In this document: positions 10,444 to 20,448 of the stretch, one piece after another
How positions within the stretch are numbered: position 1 is the stretch's first letter
Layout of the letters: each line of letters opens with the position of its first letter
Assembly (NCBI GenBank): GCA_964631415.1
Contig: CAZVZC010000001.1
Span: 119,042 to 183,041 of the forward strand
Reading direction: 5' to 3'
Length of the DNA stretch: 64,000 nt
From: an uncultured archaeon
GTDB lineage: Archaea; Asgardarchaeota; Thorarchaeia; Thorarchaeales; Thorarchaeaceae
Position numbers and translations under genes: made by a program
The notes under the pieces: model-generated
Told to the model about the DNA's origin: nothing
What the model saw: only the letters and a program-made list of their open reading frames with translations
Database searches by the model: none

Positions 10444-11283
10444 ATGTCCGGAGCTGTTTTCATGGACCTCACAGTTGAGAAACTGGCCAAGATGATTGAC
10501 CATACAGAGCTCAAGCCGGAGGCGAAACGAGAGAAGATCAAGCAACTCTGTGAGGAGGCGCTTGCTTATCATTTCGCAACAGTATGTATCAATCCAGTTC
10601 ACGTTCAGTATGCCGCTGAGCTGCTCAAGGACTCAGATGTGAAAGTATGCTGCGTGATTGGATTTCCGTTCGGTGCCAGCATGTCGACCGTCAAGGCATT
10701 CGAAGCCCGAGAGGTTGTAAAACTGGGAGCTCAGGAGGTGGACATGGTAATGAACATCGGCGCTCTTCGTGACAAGAACAACGATCTTGTAAGGTCTGAT
10801 ATTGAAACTGTGGTCGGAGCGTCTGGGAGCGCCCACGTCAAGGTCATCTTGGAAACGGGCTTTCTCACTGATGATGAGAAGAAACAGGCCTGTATACTCG
10901 CCAAGGCGGCGGGAGCTCACTTTGTCAAGACCTCCACAGGTTTCGGCCCTATGGGCGCGACTCCTTATGATGTGAAACTCATGCGTGAAACAGTGGGATC
11001 TTCTATGGGTGTCAAGGCGGCAGGCGGCATCCGAAGCTTCAAGGATGCTCTTCAGATGATTGAGGCCGGAGCTGATCGTCTGGGTTCAAGTTCGGGTGTT
11101 GCATTGATTGAGGACTTGCGATGGGCTCAATACAGTGATGCATGGACGCAGCCTGACAAACCCTGCTGGACCTGTCCCAGCCGGCAGGCCAATCTGGCGA
11201 AGCAGCCAAAGGAAGTATATCTCTACTACAAACAGCGCTGCCTGACATGCCCAGACCGGGACCAGAACATCTTCAATGACTAG
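10444..11283 (+). CDS. deoC: Deoxyribose-phosphate aldolase with C-terminal Cys-rich extension
   Basis: IDHTELK, VIGFPFG, EVDMVMN, FVKTSTGF, VKAAGGIR, RLGSSSG. Confidence 0.95.
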   Translation: MSGAVFMDLTVEKLAKMIDHTELKPEAKREKIKQLCEEALAYHFATVCINPVHVQYAAELLKDSDVKVCCVIGFPFGASMSTVKAFEAREVVKLGAQEVDMVMNIGALRDKNNDLVRSDIETVVGASGSAHVKVILETGFLTDDEKKQACILAKAAGAHFVKTSTGFGPMGATPYDVKLMRETVGSSMGVKAAGGIRSFKDALQMIEAGADRLGSSSGVALIEDLRWAQYSDAWTQPDKPCWTCPSRQANLAKQPKEVYLYYKQRCLTCPDRDQNIFND

Positions 11284-11294
11284 AGGGAAACATC

Positions 11295-13091
11295 TTGTCG
11301 AAGTCATCGTCTGATCAGTACTCTGATGCTGGGATTCTGCATGTATCTCTGAGCGACAGAAGCATCCGGAGAGAACCCTTGCCCCCCAGTCTGTTCACTA
11401 ACTTTCTTGGTGGTCGCGGCCTTGGTGTGAAGCTCCTGTATGACCGTCTTGCAGCTCGTGTCGATCCGCTGTCCCCGGACAACCTCTTGGTCTTCGCAGT
11501 GGGTCCTGTGACTGCAACAGCTGTGCCCACTTCAGGGCGTTTTGCAGTCGTCACAAAGTCACCCCTGACGGGCACCATATTCGATTCTAATGCTGGAGGC
11601 TCGTTTGGGGCACACCTGAGGCGCGCAGGATATGCCGCGATCATGTTTGAGGGTCGCTCAACGTCTCCTGTATATCTCTGGCTCAATAACGATCATGCTG
11701 AGATACGCGATGCTTCAAATGTGTGGGGAACTGATACCCGCATCGCGACCCGGCAGCTGCTTGAGGAAACTGACTCCCAAGCGCAGGTAGCCTGTATTGG
11801 TCCTGCGGGAGAAAACCGTGTGAAACTGGCTGCTATCATCACTGATGAACATCGCGCTGCGGGGAGGGGCGGAGTCGGTGCAGTCATGGGATCAAAGAAC
11901 CTGAAGGCTGTAGTAGTGCACGGTACGGGCAATGCTGCAGTCAGCAACGAGCAGGCGTTGAACAAAGCAGTTGAACGCGCGCGTCGACTCATAAAGAAGA
12001 ATGCAGTCACAGACAAGTCACTCCCTGTCTACGGCACAGCCGTGTTGGTGAGTGTCATCAACGAACACGGAATGCTGCCCACGCACAATTTTCAGGAGGG
12101 CACCTTCAATGATGCTGAAGGTGTGTCAGGAGAGAAACTGCTTGAGCGCCTGTTTGTCCGTCAGTATCATTGTCATGGTTGTCCAATTGGCTGTGGGCGC
12201 ATCAGTCGTGTCCATAACGAAGAAGTGGGCGGACCCGAATATGAAACCATATGGGCTCTCGGTCCTCAGTGTGGCATAAACGACTTGGAATGGATTGCCG
12301 CCGCAAATCATCGGTGTAATCTGATGGGTATTGATACCATATCCATGGGGAGCACTATTGGCTGTGCAATGGAGCTGGTCCAGAAAGGTAAACTGAATGC
12401 GCCATTGAGATTCGGTCGGACCGATGGGATCCTCGAGCTTATAGATGATGTAGCACTGAATAGGGGCTTGGGAGCGGAACTAGGAGAGGGTTCTCGAGCA
12501 ACTGCATCGCGTCATGGCGCACCAGAGCTGGCGATGCAGGTCAAGGGTCTTGAGATACCAGCCTATGATCCACGCGGTGTACAGGGCCATGCGCTTGGGT
12601 ATGCGACCTCCAACCGTGGCGGCTGCCATTTGAGATCCTATCTCATCGGGCCAGAGATAATGGGTGTCCCCGTCATCGTGGACCGGGATCGGACAGATGG
12701 TAAGCCCGGTCTAGTGATTCTCTACCAGAACCTGTCGGCCTCGATGGACTCTATGGTTCTTTGCCGATTCACCAATTTCGCTTGGGCAGTGGACGACTAT
12801 GCTGACCTACTAGCTGGTTGTACCGGGCACCAGATTGACGGCCCTGGTCTACTCACACTTGGAGAACGTATCTGGAACTTGGAGCGCTTGTTCAACCTGC
12901 GTGAAGGCCTGTCATCTCGAGATGACAAGCTCCCACCACGCTTTTCGACACCACTACCTGAGGGCGGCTCACGCAATCGCGTTGTCAATCTCGAAGAGAT
13001 GCTTCCGAAGTACTACGCTCTTCGGGGTTGGGACAAAGAAGGTCGACCCACGAAAGAGCGGCTCAAGCGCTTGGGTCTTGCTAAAGTCTAG
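11295..13091 (+). CDS. aor: Tungsten-type aldehyde:ferredoxin oxidoreductase
   Basis: GGRGLG, KSPLTG, AGRGGVGAVMGSKNLKA, CHGCPIGC, EYET, YDPRG, NRGGCH. Confidence 0.95.
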   Translation: MSKSSSDQYSDAGILHVSLSDRSIRREPLPPSLFTNFLGGRGLGVKLLYDRLAARVDPLSPDNLLVFAVGPVTATAVPTSGRFAVVTKSPLTGTIFDSNAGGSFGAHLRRAGYAAIMFEGRSTSPVYLWLNNDHAEIRDASNVWGTDTRIATRQLLEETDSQAQVACIGPAGENRVKLAAIITDEHRAAGRGGVGAVMGSKNLKAVVVHGTGNAAVSNEQALNKAVERARRLIKKNAVTDKSLPVYGTAVLVSVINEHGMLPTHNFQEGTFNDAEGVSGEKLLERLFVRQYHCHGCPIGCGRISRVHNEEVGGPEYETIWALGPQCGINDLEWIAAANHRCNLMGIDTISMGSTIGCAMELVQKGKLNAPLRFGRTDGILELIDDVALNRGLGAELGEGSRATASRHGAPELAMQVKGLEIPAYDPRGVQGHALGYATSNRGGCHLRSYLIGPEIMGVPVIVDRDRTDGKPGLVILYQNLSASMDSMVLCRFTNFAWAVDDYADLLAGCTGHQIDGPGLLTLGERIWNLERLFNLREGLSSRDDKLPPRFSTPLPEGGSRNRVVNLEEMLPKYYALRGWDKEGRPTKERLKRLGLAKV

Positions 13092-13145
13092 GCTGGAAAG
13101 GACTGCTCTCGCAAAACGGACAACAATGGAACTTCAGAACGAGGA

Positions 13146-15107
13146 TTGATTCAGCTGACAACAAGACCGGGTCGAGGAAGGAAGTTTCGGAGAGGGCACG
13201 CACCGTTCCTGACGAGAATTAGGTTCTACTGGTGTGACAGGTGCAATGTGCCTCGAATCGCGAACAGCAAGTGTTCGGTATGCACAACCCTGCCAAGACC
13301 CGTTGGGTTGTCTCCTCCTGGCGATCCGTTCCCGGCAATGGACGGCCATCTCGATCAAGCCATAAGGGCTGTCAATCGGCAATTCGGAGAAGGTGTAGGT
13401 CAGGTACTACTACCTCGCAATAAGACGATAGTCATGAACAAGGTATCGTCTCTAGATGCCATGTATGAGGTGGTTGTGGATGGATGTGTGATAGGACGAC
13501 TAAGATTTGACATTCCCAAGCTTGACTACACTTTTGTCCTGTCTCTGGAGGGCGGTAGGAGGATTGCCAGCGTCTGCAAGCAGAAGTGGGTTTCTTGTCA
13601 TGAGGGGATTCTAGAGTATCTCAAGAAGGGGTCGAACTTGCTGGTCCCGGGAATTGCAGACTGCGACATCGGCATTGATGTCGGTGATGATGTTTGGGTG
13701 ATAGACTCCGAGAAGCATGTGATTGCAGTTGGAGTGGCCCGCATGACAGGACCGGAAATGACCAAGTCAGAGAAAGGGTATGCAATCAAGATACGCGAGG
13801 TTGACGATCCACTGGAGGCGTCTGTGAACGACCAAGAGTCTTCTTGGAACAAAGCCGTGGAGGCGAACTCCAAGGACCTGCAGGCAATCGAAGCAGAGGC
13901 CATCGGATTCATCAGACATACCATTGAAACCCACAGCGCTCAAGTGGTCGTGGGCTTCAGTGGCGGAAAGGACTCCCTTGTCACATATCTCCTGACTGAG
14001 AAGGCTCTGAACAGGAGTCCTCCCATCTTCTTCACAGACACGGGCTTGGAGCTCCCTGAAACAATCTCGTATGTGAGGGAGTTTGCACAGAGCCGTAATG
14101 TCGGGATAATCGGAAGAAGCGCTGGTGATCGGTTCTGGGAGTCAGTTGATGTCTTCGGCCCACCTGCTCGTGACTTCCGCTGGTGCTGCAAAGTATTGAA
14201 ACTTGGCCCGGCTGCGAAGTCCATATCTGATGACTTGGGTGGAGATGCGCTGGTCCTCATGGGACAGAGGAGGCTGGAATCGTTTCAGCGTTCTCTTGAA
14301 CCCAGGGTGACCTCCAACCCGTGGGTCCCGGGGCAAGTTTCTGCGAGTCCGATTCAAAACTGGAATGCTCTTGAGGTGTGGCTCTACATATTCAGAGAGA
14401 GAGTTCAGTTCAACCCGATGTACAACAGGGGGTATCACCGGATGGGCTGCTACCTCTGTCCCGCCACTCCACTCGCCGAGCTGGAAAGCCTGAAGGACAC
14501 GCACCCAGTCCTCTATGAGCGATGGTATTCAAAACTGCTTGAGTGGACAGGAAGGTATGCCTATCCTGAGGAGTGGGCCAAGCTTGGATTCTGGCGGTGG
14601 AAAAAGCTGCCAAGTGGTCAGATGAGTCTGATTGAGGAGTTGGGTCTGAAGATCAAGACTGATCGAGAAGCGCCATCCGAAGCACTTGAGCTGAATGTTG
14701 TGAAGGGTGTATCGCCATGCACATCTTCCGGATTCAGCATGGAAGGTCAGTTCTCCATGGGTTTGGACCTGAACAGGATTGCCAGGATCATGACAGTCTT
14801 TGGCAAGACACAAATGTCTGATGAACTGGGCGCATTGAGAACGCAAGCCGGTGGTATCAGTATTACCCTGTTCAGCTCAGGATCATTGGTGGTACGAGGA
14901 GAGAGCGAAGCCGCTGTCGACCGAGTCGTGAACCAGCTGCAGCGAGCAATCAGGCGGGTCGTCTTCTGTCAAGCATGTGGTTCTTGTGTCCCTCAATGTG
15001 AACAGGGGGCACTGGACTTGGAAGACGGCAGGATATCGGTTGATGAGAACAGATGCACTCACTGTCTTAAGTGTGATAACTGGCCCTGTCCCACATATCT
15101 TGAATGA
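13146..15107 (+). CDS. PAPS-reductase-family protein with Zn ribbon, PUA domain and C-terminal ferredoxin
   Basis: WCDRCNVP, PUA region, SGGKDS PP-loop, RWCCKVLK, RMGCYLCP, C-terminal CxxCxxCxxxC. Confidence 0.88.
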   Translation: MIQLTTRPGRGRKFRRGHAPFLTRIRFYWCDRCNVPRIANSKCSVCTTLPRPVGLSPPGDPFPAMDGHLDQAIRAVNRQFGEGVGQVLLPRNKTIVMNKVSSLDAMYEVVVDGCVIGRLRFDIPKLDYTFVLSLEGGRRIASVCKQKWVSCHEGILEYLKKGSNLLVPGIADCDIGIDVGDDVWVIDSEKHVIAVGVARMTGPEMTKSEKGYAIKIREVDDPLEASVNDQESSWNKAVEANSKDLQAIEAEAIGFIRHTIETHSAQVVVGFSGGKDSLVTYLLTEKALNRSPPIFFTDTGLELPETISYVREFAQSRNVGIIGRSAGDRFWESVDVFGPPARDFRWCCKVLKLGPAAKSISDDLGGDALVLMGQRRLESFQRSLEPRVTSNPWVPGQVSASPIQNWNALEVWLYIFRERVQFNPMYNRGYHRMGCYLCPATPLAELESLKDTHPVLYERWYSKLLEWTGRYAYPEEWAKLGFWRWKKLPSGQMSLIEELGLKIKTDREAPSEALELNVVKGVSPCTSSGFSMEGQFSMGLDLNRIARIMTVFGKTQMSDELGALRTQAGGISITLFSSGSLVVRGESEAAVDRVVNQLQRAIRRVVFCQACGSCVPQCEQGALDLEDGRISVDENRCTHCLKCDNWPCPTYLE

Positions 15108-15309
15108 TCGTGTGTCATGCCTTCTCGATGAAGGAGAGGTTTGACTTCCCCCTCCTGCTACTACGCTTCGACCGCTTCTGTAACAACAGGATTTGACAAA
15201 AGGTTAATTACAGCGTCGGTTGTGGAAACGGACTCAGTGCTTTCTAGACAGCGGCGAAACATGGCGGTCTTTAGGAATGCTCACTGCTATCTCATACAAG
15301 ATATACGAG

Positions 15310-16623
15310 ATGCGCAAGTATCTAGTCCTTAGTCTGCTTATCTCTATAATCGCCATACCTATCGCCGACTCCTTTGTCATTGAACGAGACCGCAATCGAA
15401 ATGAGATGTATGGGGAGGCATTCTGGATCTACGGTTTCGGCATCTACAACATGACAGACTCTCAACTGGCCAATGCACTTCCTCCGGAGTGGGGGTTTAA
15501 TGATGGTCTGCACACTCTACCTGACTACTTGGGCAATATCACGTACGAATACCCTGTCTTCGGTCTCATATTCTTCGCAATCGCTGTATGGCTATACCCG
15601 GGCGTAGGTGGACTGCAACACTGGTGGTTGAACTTCCTTCTTATTCTGGTGTTCAACCTCAATCTGATTCTAGTAGCCATCCTGTTGCGGGACAAGATCT
15701 ACAAGGTGCCTTGGGCACGTTTCCTGTTCGGTGGCTACTTTGTATATGGCCTCATAATGTCTGCTGGTGGGGGCAAGAACGAGCCTATCGCTGACTGCCT
15801 CATGCTGATGGCGCTCGTTCTCAGGAAGGAAGGTCAGATGAGAAAAGCCATGTTCACTCTCGGCTTGGCTGTGCAGGCCAAAATATACCCTGCAGTGATC
15901 TTTCCGATACTGTTTTTGGAGGCCCCTATTTCGGCTGTCTGGTTCTTAGTTTCCACACTCTTGACAGTGATACCATTTGCTTTTCTTGGGGCCAATTTCG
16001 GTTCACTGATCTCGCACTTCCTCAACGCTGCGAGCTATTCGCTCTACATAGTCAACCCAATGTACTACGAGCTCTTTTTCGCGACTCCAAACCTAGGTAC
16101 CAACCCGCTCACGTACTACATGTGGCCTCCTGCATTGGTTCCTCTTATTATCTACGTTACATTCATGGCCTATACAATACCACTGTACCTTCCATCGAGG
16201 CAGCAGTTCCAAGGTAGAACAATAGTCCAGAAGCTGCTGGTCCTCAAGCCCTTGTATGTTTATCTTCTCCCTGCCATACTCTTCCTGTACCGCTGGGTCA
16301 TGCCGTGGTACCTGTTTTGGCTCGGAATCACGATTTTCCTATTCGACGATGACAAACAGGCCATAGGGTATCTAAAGCAGCTTACCTTAGTCGGTGTGGT
16401 CTACACATATGGTTTGTTGTGCAATGCGCCCTATTTCCTGAACGGCCCACTTCCTGATTTCATGGGGAATTTCACGTCTGGCTGGTACACTCTACTAGGG
16501 CTGTCTCTCATGGTCGGACTTACCGCTTTGTCGTACTTCGCGTGGAAGTGGACCTTTGAGCGTAGGGAACAAAAAGCGCGTTTCATCCGGGAGGCTGAGG
16601 CGCGCGGTGAGCTTGTGATCTGA
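15310..16623 (+). CDS. GT-C fold multi-TM glycosyltransferase (GT87/PIG-M-like)
   Basis: EYPVFG loop, NEPIA, AKIYPAV and PWYLFW motifs, about 10 TM segments; start trimmed to ATG 15310. Confidence 0.7.
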   Translation: MRKYLVLSLLISIIAIPIADSFVIERDRNRNEMYGEAFWIYGFGIYNMTDSQLANALPPEWGFNDGLHTLPDYLGNITYEYPVFGLIFFAIAVWLYPGVGGLQHWWLNFLLILVFNLNLILVAILLRDKIYKVPWARFLFGGYFVYGLIMSAGGGKNEPIADCLMLMALVLRKEGQMRKAMFTLGLAVQAKIYPAVIFPILFLEAPISAVWFLVSTLLTVIPFAFLGANFGSLISHFLNAASYSLYIVNPMYYELFFATPNLGTNPLTYYMWPPALVPLIIYVTFMAYTIPLYLPSRQQFQGRTIVQKLLVLKPLYVYLLPAILFLYRWVMPWYLFWLGITIFLFDDDKQAIGYLKQLTLVGVVYTYGLLCNAPYFLNGPLPDFMGNFTSGWYTLLGLSLMVGLTALSYFAWKWTFERREQKARFIREAEARGELVI

Positions 16624-17086
16624 CCTGACGTTCGCTGCCGTTGTTCCCATAGAAATCAATAATCCGCTTCCTTATCATTGTCGAGGAGTACAACCCCCCA
16701 ACGTTCCCTTTTGCGAGCCTTACTATCTTCGTGCTCAAGCCATGTTCCCTGAGGCGTTTCTCAAGCCCCTCAATGTCGGTTTCTTGATCATAGCCCAGCG
16801 CTACTACATCAGGTCTATTGTCAATCACAATCGATGTATGATCATCAGTGTCATAGCCCAAGATTGCTTTGTCGACGACTTTCAAGGACTCAATCAACCG
16901 CCGTCTCTGTTCCTCGGGGAAGACAGGAGGCGCTCCTCTCTCCCTCTCAATCGTCTTGTCAAGTGCGATTACGGCAATCAGTTCGCCATCTGGTCCGGCC
17001 AATGCCCTTGCCTGCTCCAGATATGCAATATGACCAAGGTGGAGAATGTCAAACTTGCCAGCCACTAGCACTCTCTTGCCGGTCAT
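16583..17086 (-). CDS. ribL: Archaeal FAD synthase / cytidylyltransferase family
   Basis: GKFDILHLGH (HIGH-like), RPDVVALGYDQ, SSTMI. Confidence 0.8.
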   Translation of the reverse strand: MTGKRVLVAGKFDILHLGHIAYLEQARALAGPDGELIAVIALDKTIERERGAPPVFPEEQRRRLIESLKVVDKAILGYDTDDHTSIVIDNRPDVVALGYDQETDIEGLEKRLREHGLSTKIVRLAKGNVGGLYSSTMIRKRIIDFYGNNGSERQVRSQAHRAPQPPG

Positions 17087-17114
17087 CTGCCGCTTGCCTC
17101 CGCGTAGAACACAA

Positions 17115-17393
17115 CTAGTCCTCGTCCACTGCTAGGAATTCGCTACCCTCAGCGATCATCTCGATACGTCGCCTAGTCTTCGTTATCTGACTGACATGAA
17201 TGATGCCATTGATCTCAAGCTGCATCAGGGCCGAGTTCAGTTCAGCCTCGCTCGGTTCACCACCAAGTTCCTTCTTCAGAGCGCGCAGCAGTTCGTCATC
17301 CAATGCCACACCGTGGCGCTTCTTCAGAATGTTGACTACAAGGTTCCTGAGCGGTACAGCACTCCAAGTTGACATCTCTTCAGCACTCTCCAC
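17115..17393 (-). CDS. Small winged-helix protein downstream of cdc48
   Basis: ELNSALMQLEINGIIHV wHTH recognition helix plus wing; acidic tail. Confidence 0.7.
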   Translation of the reverse strand: MESAEEMSTWSAVPLRNLVVNILKKRHGVALDDELLRALKKELGGEPSEAELNSALMQLEINGIIHVSQITKTRRRIEMIAEGSEFLAVDED

Positions 17394-17396
17394 TCT

Positions 17397-19589
17397 TCAT
17401 ATGTATCCAGGAGGTCCGACCGAAACAACCGTGGTCCTGCGCATATCTTGGTTCAGCTTCTGGAAGCGTTCAAGGTCTTCGGCTCTGACCGATGGATGAA
17501 TCGACTTCAATGCGTCCTCAAAATGCCTCCAAGACACCTTCTCGGCCTGCATGTTTTCTCTGAGTGCACGCATCCCAGCCTCCCTGCAGAGGGCTTCGAT
17601 GTCACCTCCGACGAAGTACGGAGTAGCTTGGACAAGCTTTTGGACGTCGACATCTGAATCAAGGGGCATGTTGGCCATGTAGATTCGGAAGATCTCCTCA
17701 CGACTCTTTTCGTCGGGTGCACCGATGTAGACGAACCTGTCGAATCGGCCCGTGCGGAGCAGAGCAGGGTCAATCAGGTCTGGCCTGTTGGTTGCGGCCA
17801 ATACGAGTATGTCCTTAGTGGTTTCAAGACCGTCCATTTCAGTCAGTAGCTGGCTGATGACTCTCTCAGTCACGTGACTGTCGCCAGCGGCCATGCCTCT
17901 GGTCGGAGCAAGAGCGTCAATCTCGTCGAAGAATATAATGGCAGGAGCCGCAGTCCTAGCCTTCCGGAAGACCTCGCGGATAGCTTTCTCGCTTTCGCCA
18001 ACCCACTTCGACAAGAGTTCTGGTCCCTTCACGCTGATGAAGTTCGCTTCGCTCTCGGTGGCGACAGCCCTAGCAAGAAGAGTCTTTCCACAACCTGGGG
18101 GCCCAAAGATCAGGACTCCCTTGGGTGGAGTTATACCTATCCGACGGAACGCCTCGGGTTTCTTGAGCGGCCACTCGACAACCTCAATCAGTTCCTGTTT
18201 CTCATTTGCCAGCCCGCCAATCTCTTCCCATCTGACATTCGGTATCTCCACAAAGACCTCTCTGATTGCGGATGGCTGTACCTCCCTGAGTGCCCCAAGA
18301 AAGTCCTCCGCATTCACTTCCAGTTTGTCTAGAACCTCTTGAGGGATTTCTTCCTCCTCGAGGTTGATCTGGGGCAGATACCTTCTCAGTGCCTTCATTG
18401 CAGCCTCTCTGCACAATGCTTGGAGGTCTGCACCAACGAAGCCATGAGTGACTTTGGCAAGATACTGCAGGTCGACTATGTTATCTCCCTCGGTTGTCAG
18501 CGGCATGCCTCTGGAGTGGATATGAAGAACCTCCAATCTGCCTGCTTCGTTGGGGACACCAATCTCAATCTCGCGATCAAACCGTCCGGGTCGTCTCAGA
18601 GCAGGATCGAGTGCGTTCAGCCTGTTGGTGGCTCCAATCACGACGACCTGCCCTCTTGACTTGAGGCCGTCCATCGTAGCAAGAAGCTGGGCAACCACGC
18701 GTCGCTCGACCTCTCCTTGGACATCTTCACGCTTTGGTGCTATCGCATCTAGCTCGTCAATGAATATGATACTGGGGGCATTCTCTTCAGCATCCTCGAA
18801 TATCTTCCGAAGCTTCTGCTCGGACTCGCCGTAGAACTTCGACATGATCTCTGGGCCGTTGATGTGAGTGAAGTTAGCCTCCGACTCGCTTGCCACCGCC
18901 TTGGCCAAGAGAGTCTTCCCTGTGCCAGGTGGTCCATGGAGTATCAGTCCCCGCGGGGGGTCAATCCCGAGCCGCTTGAAAATCTCGGGATGACGCATCG
19001 GCAGTTCTACCATCTCACGAATCCTCTGAATTGGCTCTGCCAGCCCTCCAATCTCCTCGTATGTGACCTGAGAGGCACCGATGGTTTCGCCAGTGGGCTT
19101 CTCTGCTATCACCAGTATGGTCGAGTGTTGGACCACTACCGTGCCCACAGGCTTGATTGCGGTGACCTTGAATGGTATCGCTCGTCCGAGGATGGGGATG
19201 AAGACAGTGTCTTGGACTGTGACCGGGCAGTTCAGAAGCTTCCTCTTCACGAATTCCTCGAACCTCGGTTCCGGACGGATTGGTACTGAGGTCGGGGCCA
19301 GTGTGACATTCCTAGCTGGCTCTTCATTCGCCTTCGTAACAGTGACCTTCTCACTGAGGCTGACGCCAGCATTTCTTCTTATCCTGCCATCCATCCGAAT
19401 GATTTCGTGGCCCTTGTCCCCTTGATAAGCAGGCCATGCTATGGCTGCAGTGGCTCTCTTTCCCTTAATTTCTATGATGTCGCCGGTCCTGACACCAAGC
19501 TTCTCCATAGACACGGTGTCGATTCTTACGATGAACCTGCCTATGTCTCTGTGTTCGGCTTCGGCCACTTTGAGTATTATTTCGACCAC
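17397..19589 (-). CDS. cdc48: Cdc48/VCP/p97 AAA+ ATPase
   Basis: N domain, two AAA modules ([16 protein letters not shown]; [13 protein letters not shown]), C-terminal GYI tail. Confidence 0.97.
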   Translation of the reverse strand: MVEIILKVAEAEHRDIGRFIVRIDTVSMEKLGVRTGDIIEIKGKRATAAIAWPAYQGDKGHEIIRMDGRIRRNAGVSLSEKVTVTKANEEPARNVTLAPTSVPIRPEPRFEEFVKRKLLNCPVTVQDTVFIPILGRAIPFKVTAIKPVGTVVVQHSTILVIAEKPTGETIGASQVTYEEIGGLAEPIQRIREMVELPMRHPEIFKRLGIDPPRGLILHGPPGTGKTLLAKAVASESEANFTHINGPEIMSKFYGESEQKLRKIFEDAEENAPSIIFIDELDAIAPKREDVQGEVERRVVAQLLATMDGLKSRGQVVVIGATNRLNALDPALRRPGRFDREIEIGVPNEAGRLEVLHIHSRGMPLTTEGDNIVDLQYLAKVTHGFVGADLQALCREAAMKALRRYLPQINLEEEEIPQEVLDKLEVNAEDFLGALREVQPSAIREVFVEIPNVRWEEIGGLANEKQELIEVVEWPLKKPEAFRRIGITPPKGVLIFGPPGCGKTLLARAVATESEANFISVKGPELLSKWVGESEKAIREVFRKARTAAPAIIFFDEIDALAPTRGMAAGDSHVTERVISQLLTEMDGLETTKDILVLAATNRPDLIDPALLRTGRFDRFVYIGAPDEKSREEIFRIYMANMPLDSDVDVQKLVQATPYFVGGDIEALCREAGMRALRENMQAEKVSWRHFEDALKSIHPSVRAEDLERFQKLNQDMRRTTVVSVGPPGYI

Positions 19590-19695
19590 TGCCTAAACCC
19601 ATCCTCCAGACTGGAAGTCCCATGGTTCAGAAACCGTAACGCCCCGCTTCTACGTCGTCAGACGCCCTGTTCCATGTTCTTTCGGTTTCCGCTCT

Positions 19696-19723
19696 TGAGC
19701 ATTTCTCTACCTACAAATGCTCA
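19696..19723. promoter_or_regulatory. Perfect 9-bp inverted repeat in the cdc48 leader
   Basis: TGAGCATTT-N10-AAATGCTCA, downstream of a minus-strand TTTATAT box near 19768-19774. Confidence 0.45.
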
Positions 19724-19802
19724 CCTACATGCATGTGGCGTTCTCACTCGCCCCGACAGCAATCAGAATATAAACTCTCACTTGGAGAGCTGCTTGTTTC
19801 CA

Positions 19803-20069
19803 TCACACTCTGGAAACCATCTCGACCTCGACCTGTGCAACCCCTTTCAGAGAGCTTATCGCCGTTTCTATGTCATCAGTTCCTCCGAGTGACTCATCTC
19901 TTACGACATTCATCCTGAGCGCCTTCAGGCCGAATGCCACTGGGATGATCTCTGTGGCTCTGATGTCAGTCCCCTTTGGAATAGCCTTCTTGATTCGCTT
20001 GAGAAGGCTGTCAAGGTTGACGTCGACATCCTCTGGCATGACTTTCAGTGTGACTATGACTCTAGCCAT
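19803..20069 (-). CDS. ef1b: Translation elongation factor aEF-1beta
   Basis: VTLKVMPED...PVAFGLKAL...GGTD. Confidence 0.95.
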   Translation of the reverse strand: MARVIVTLKVMPEDVDVNLDSLLKRIKKAIPKGTDIRATEIIPVAFGLKALRMNVVRDESLGGTDDIETAISSLKGVAQVEVEMVSRV

Positions 20070-20087
20070 TCTGTATAGCCCCCAAAT

Positions 20088-20276
20088 CTATGGTCCGTCA
20101 AACCCACAACTAGGGCACTTGTACCTGTTTGAGAAACGCCTGCATGATTCGCAGCGCCAGATTGTGAATCCGCCGCAGGATGGACACTGGAACTTGACGC
20201 AGTTCTCTCTTGGCGAGATAGAGCTGTGACACGAAGTACATCTGATTGCTTTCATGACGGCCAAGACTATCACCAA
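20088..20276 (-). CDS. Zn-ribbon protein (DUF1610/HVO_2753 family)
   Basis: CTSC...FQCPSCG...WRCESCR...[11 protein letters not shown], in its usual position before aEF-1beta; start may be ATG 20255. Confidence 0.9.
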   Translation of the reverse strand: MVIVLAVMKAIRCTSCHSSISPRENCVKFQCPSCGGFTIWRCESCRRFSNRYKCPSCGFDGP

Positions 20277-20318
20277 AGAATCTTAGAAGGTGCTGGTCTT
20301 GGGGGCCCATCGGGGGAC

Positions 20319-20328
20319 TTTTTATAAA
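20319..20328. promoter_or_regulatory. Probable TATA box in the divergent zf/ef1b-fen region
   Basis: TTTTTATAAA between divergent genes. Confidence 0.55.
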
Positions 20329-20448
20329 TCTACCGAACTGGAGCTGTCGTCTATTGTCCTACGACGCTGGATGTATAGTCCTGCATTGGCCAAGCCATAT
20401 ATAGACAGCCTGATGTAGACATCTCAGAGCGATGCTGGGGATGGTCTG

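Noticed and set aside
15120-15165. ATGA-led hairpin after the PAPS-like gene as a possible SECIS
   Set aside because: No closing GA or apical AA, and no in-frame TGA in the upstream gene.
17390-17400. cdc48 and the wH ORF are in frame across a TGA (possible Sec read-through)
   Set aside because: Cdc48 ends in a normal Tyr-X tail, the next ORF has its own starts, and no SECIS-like element is evident.
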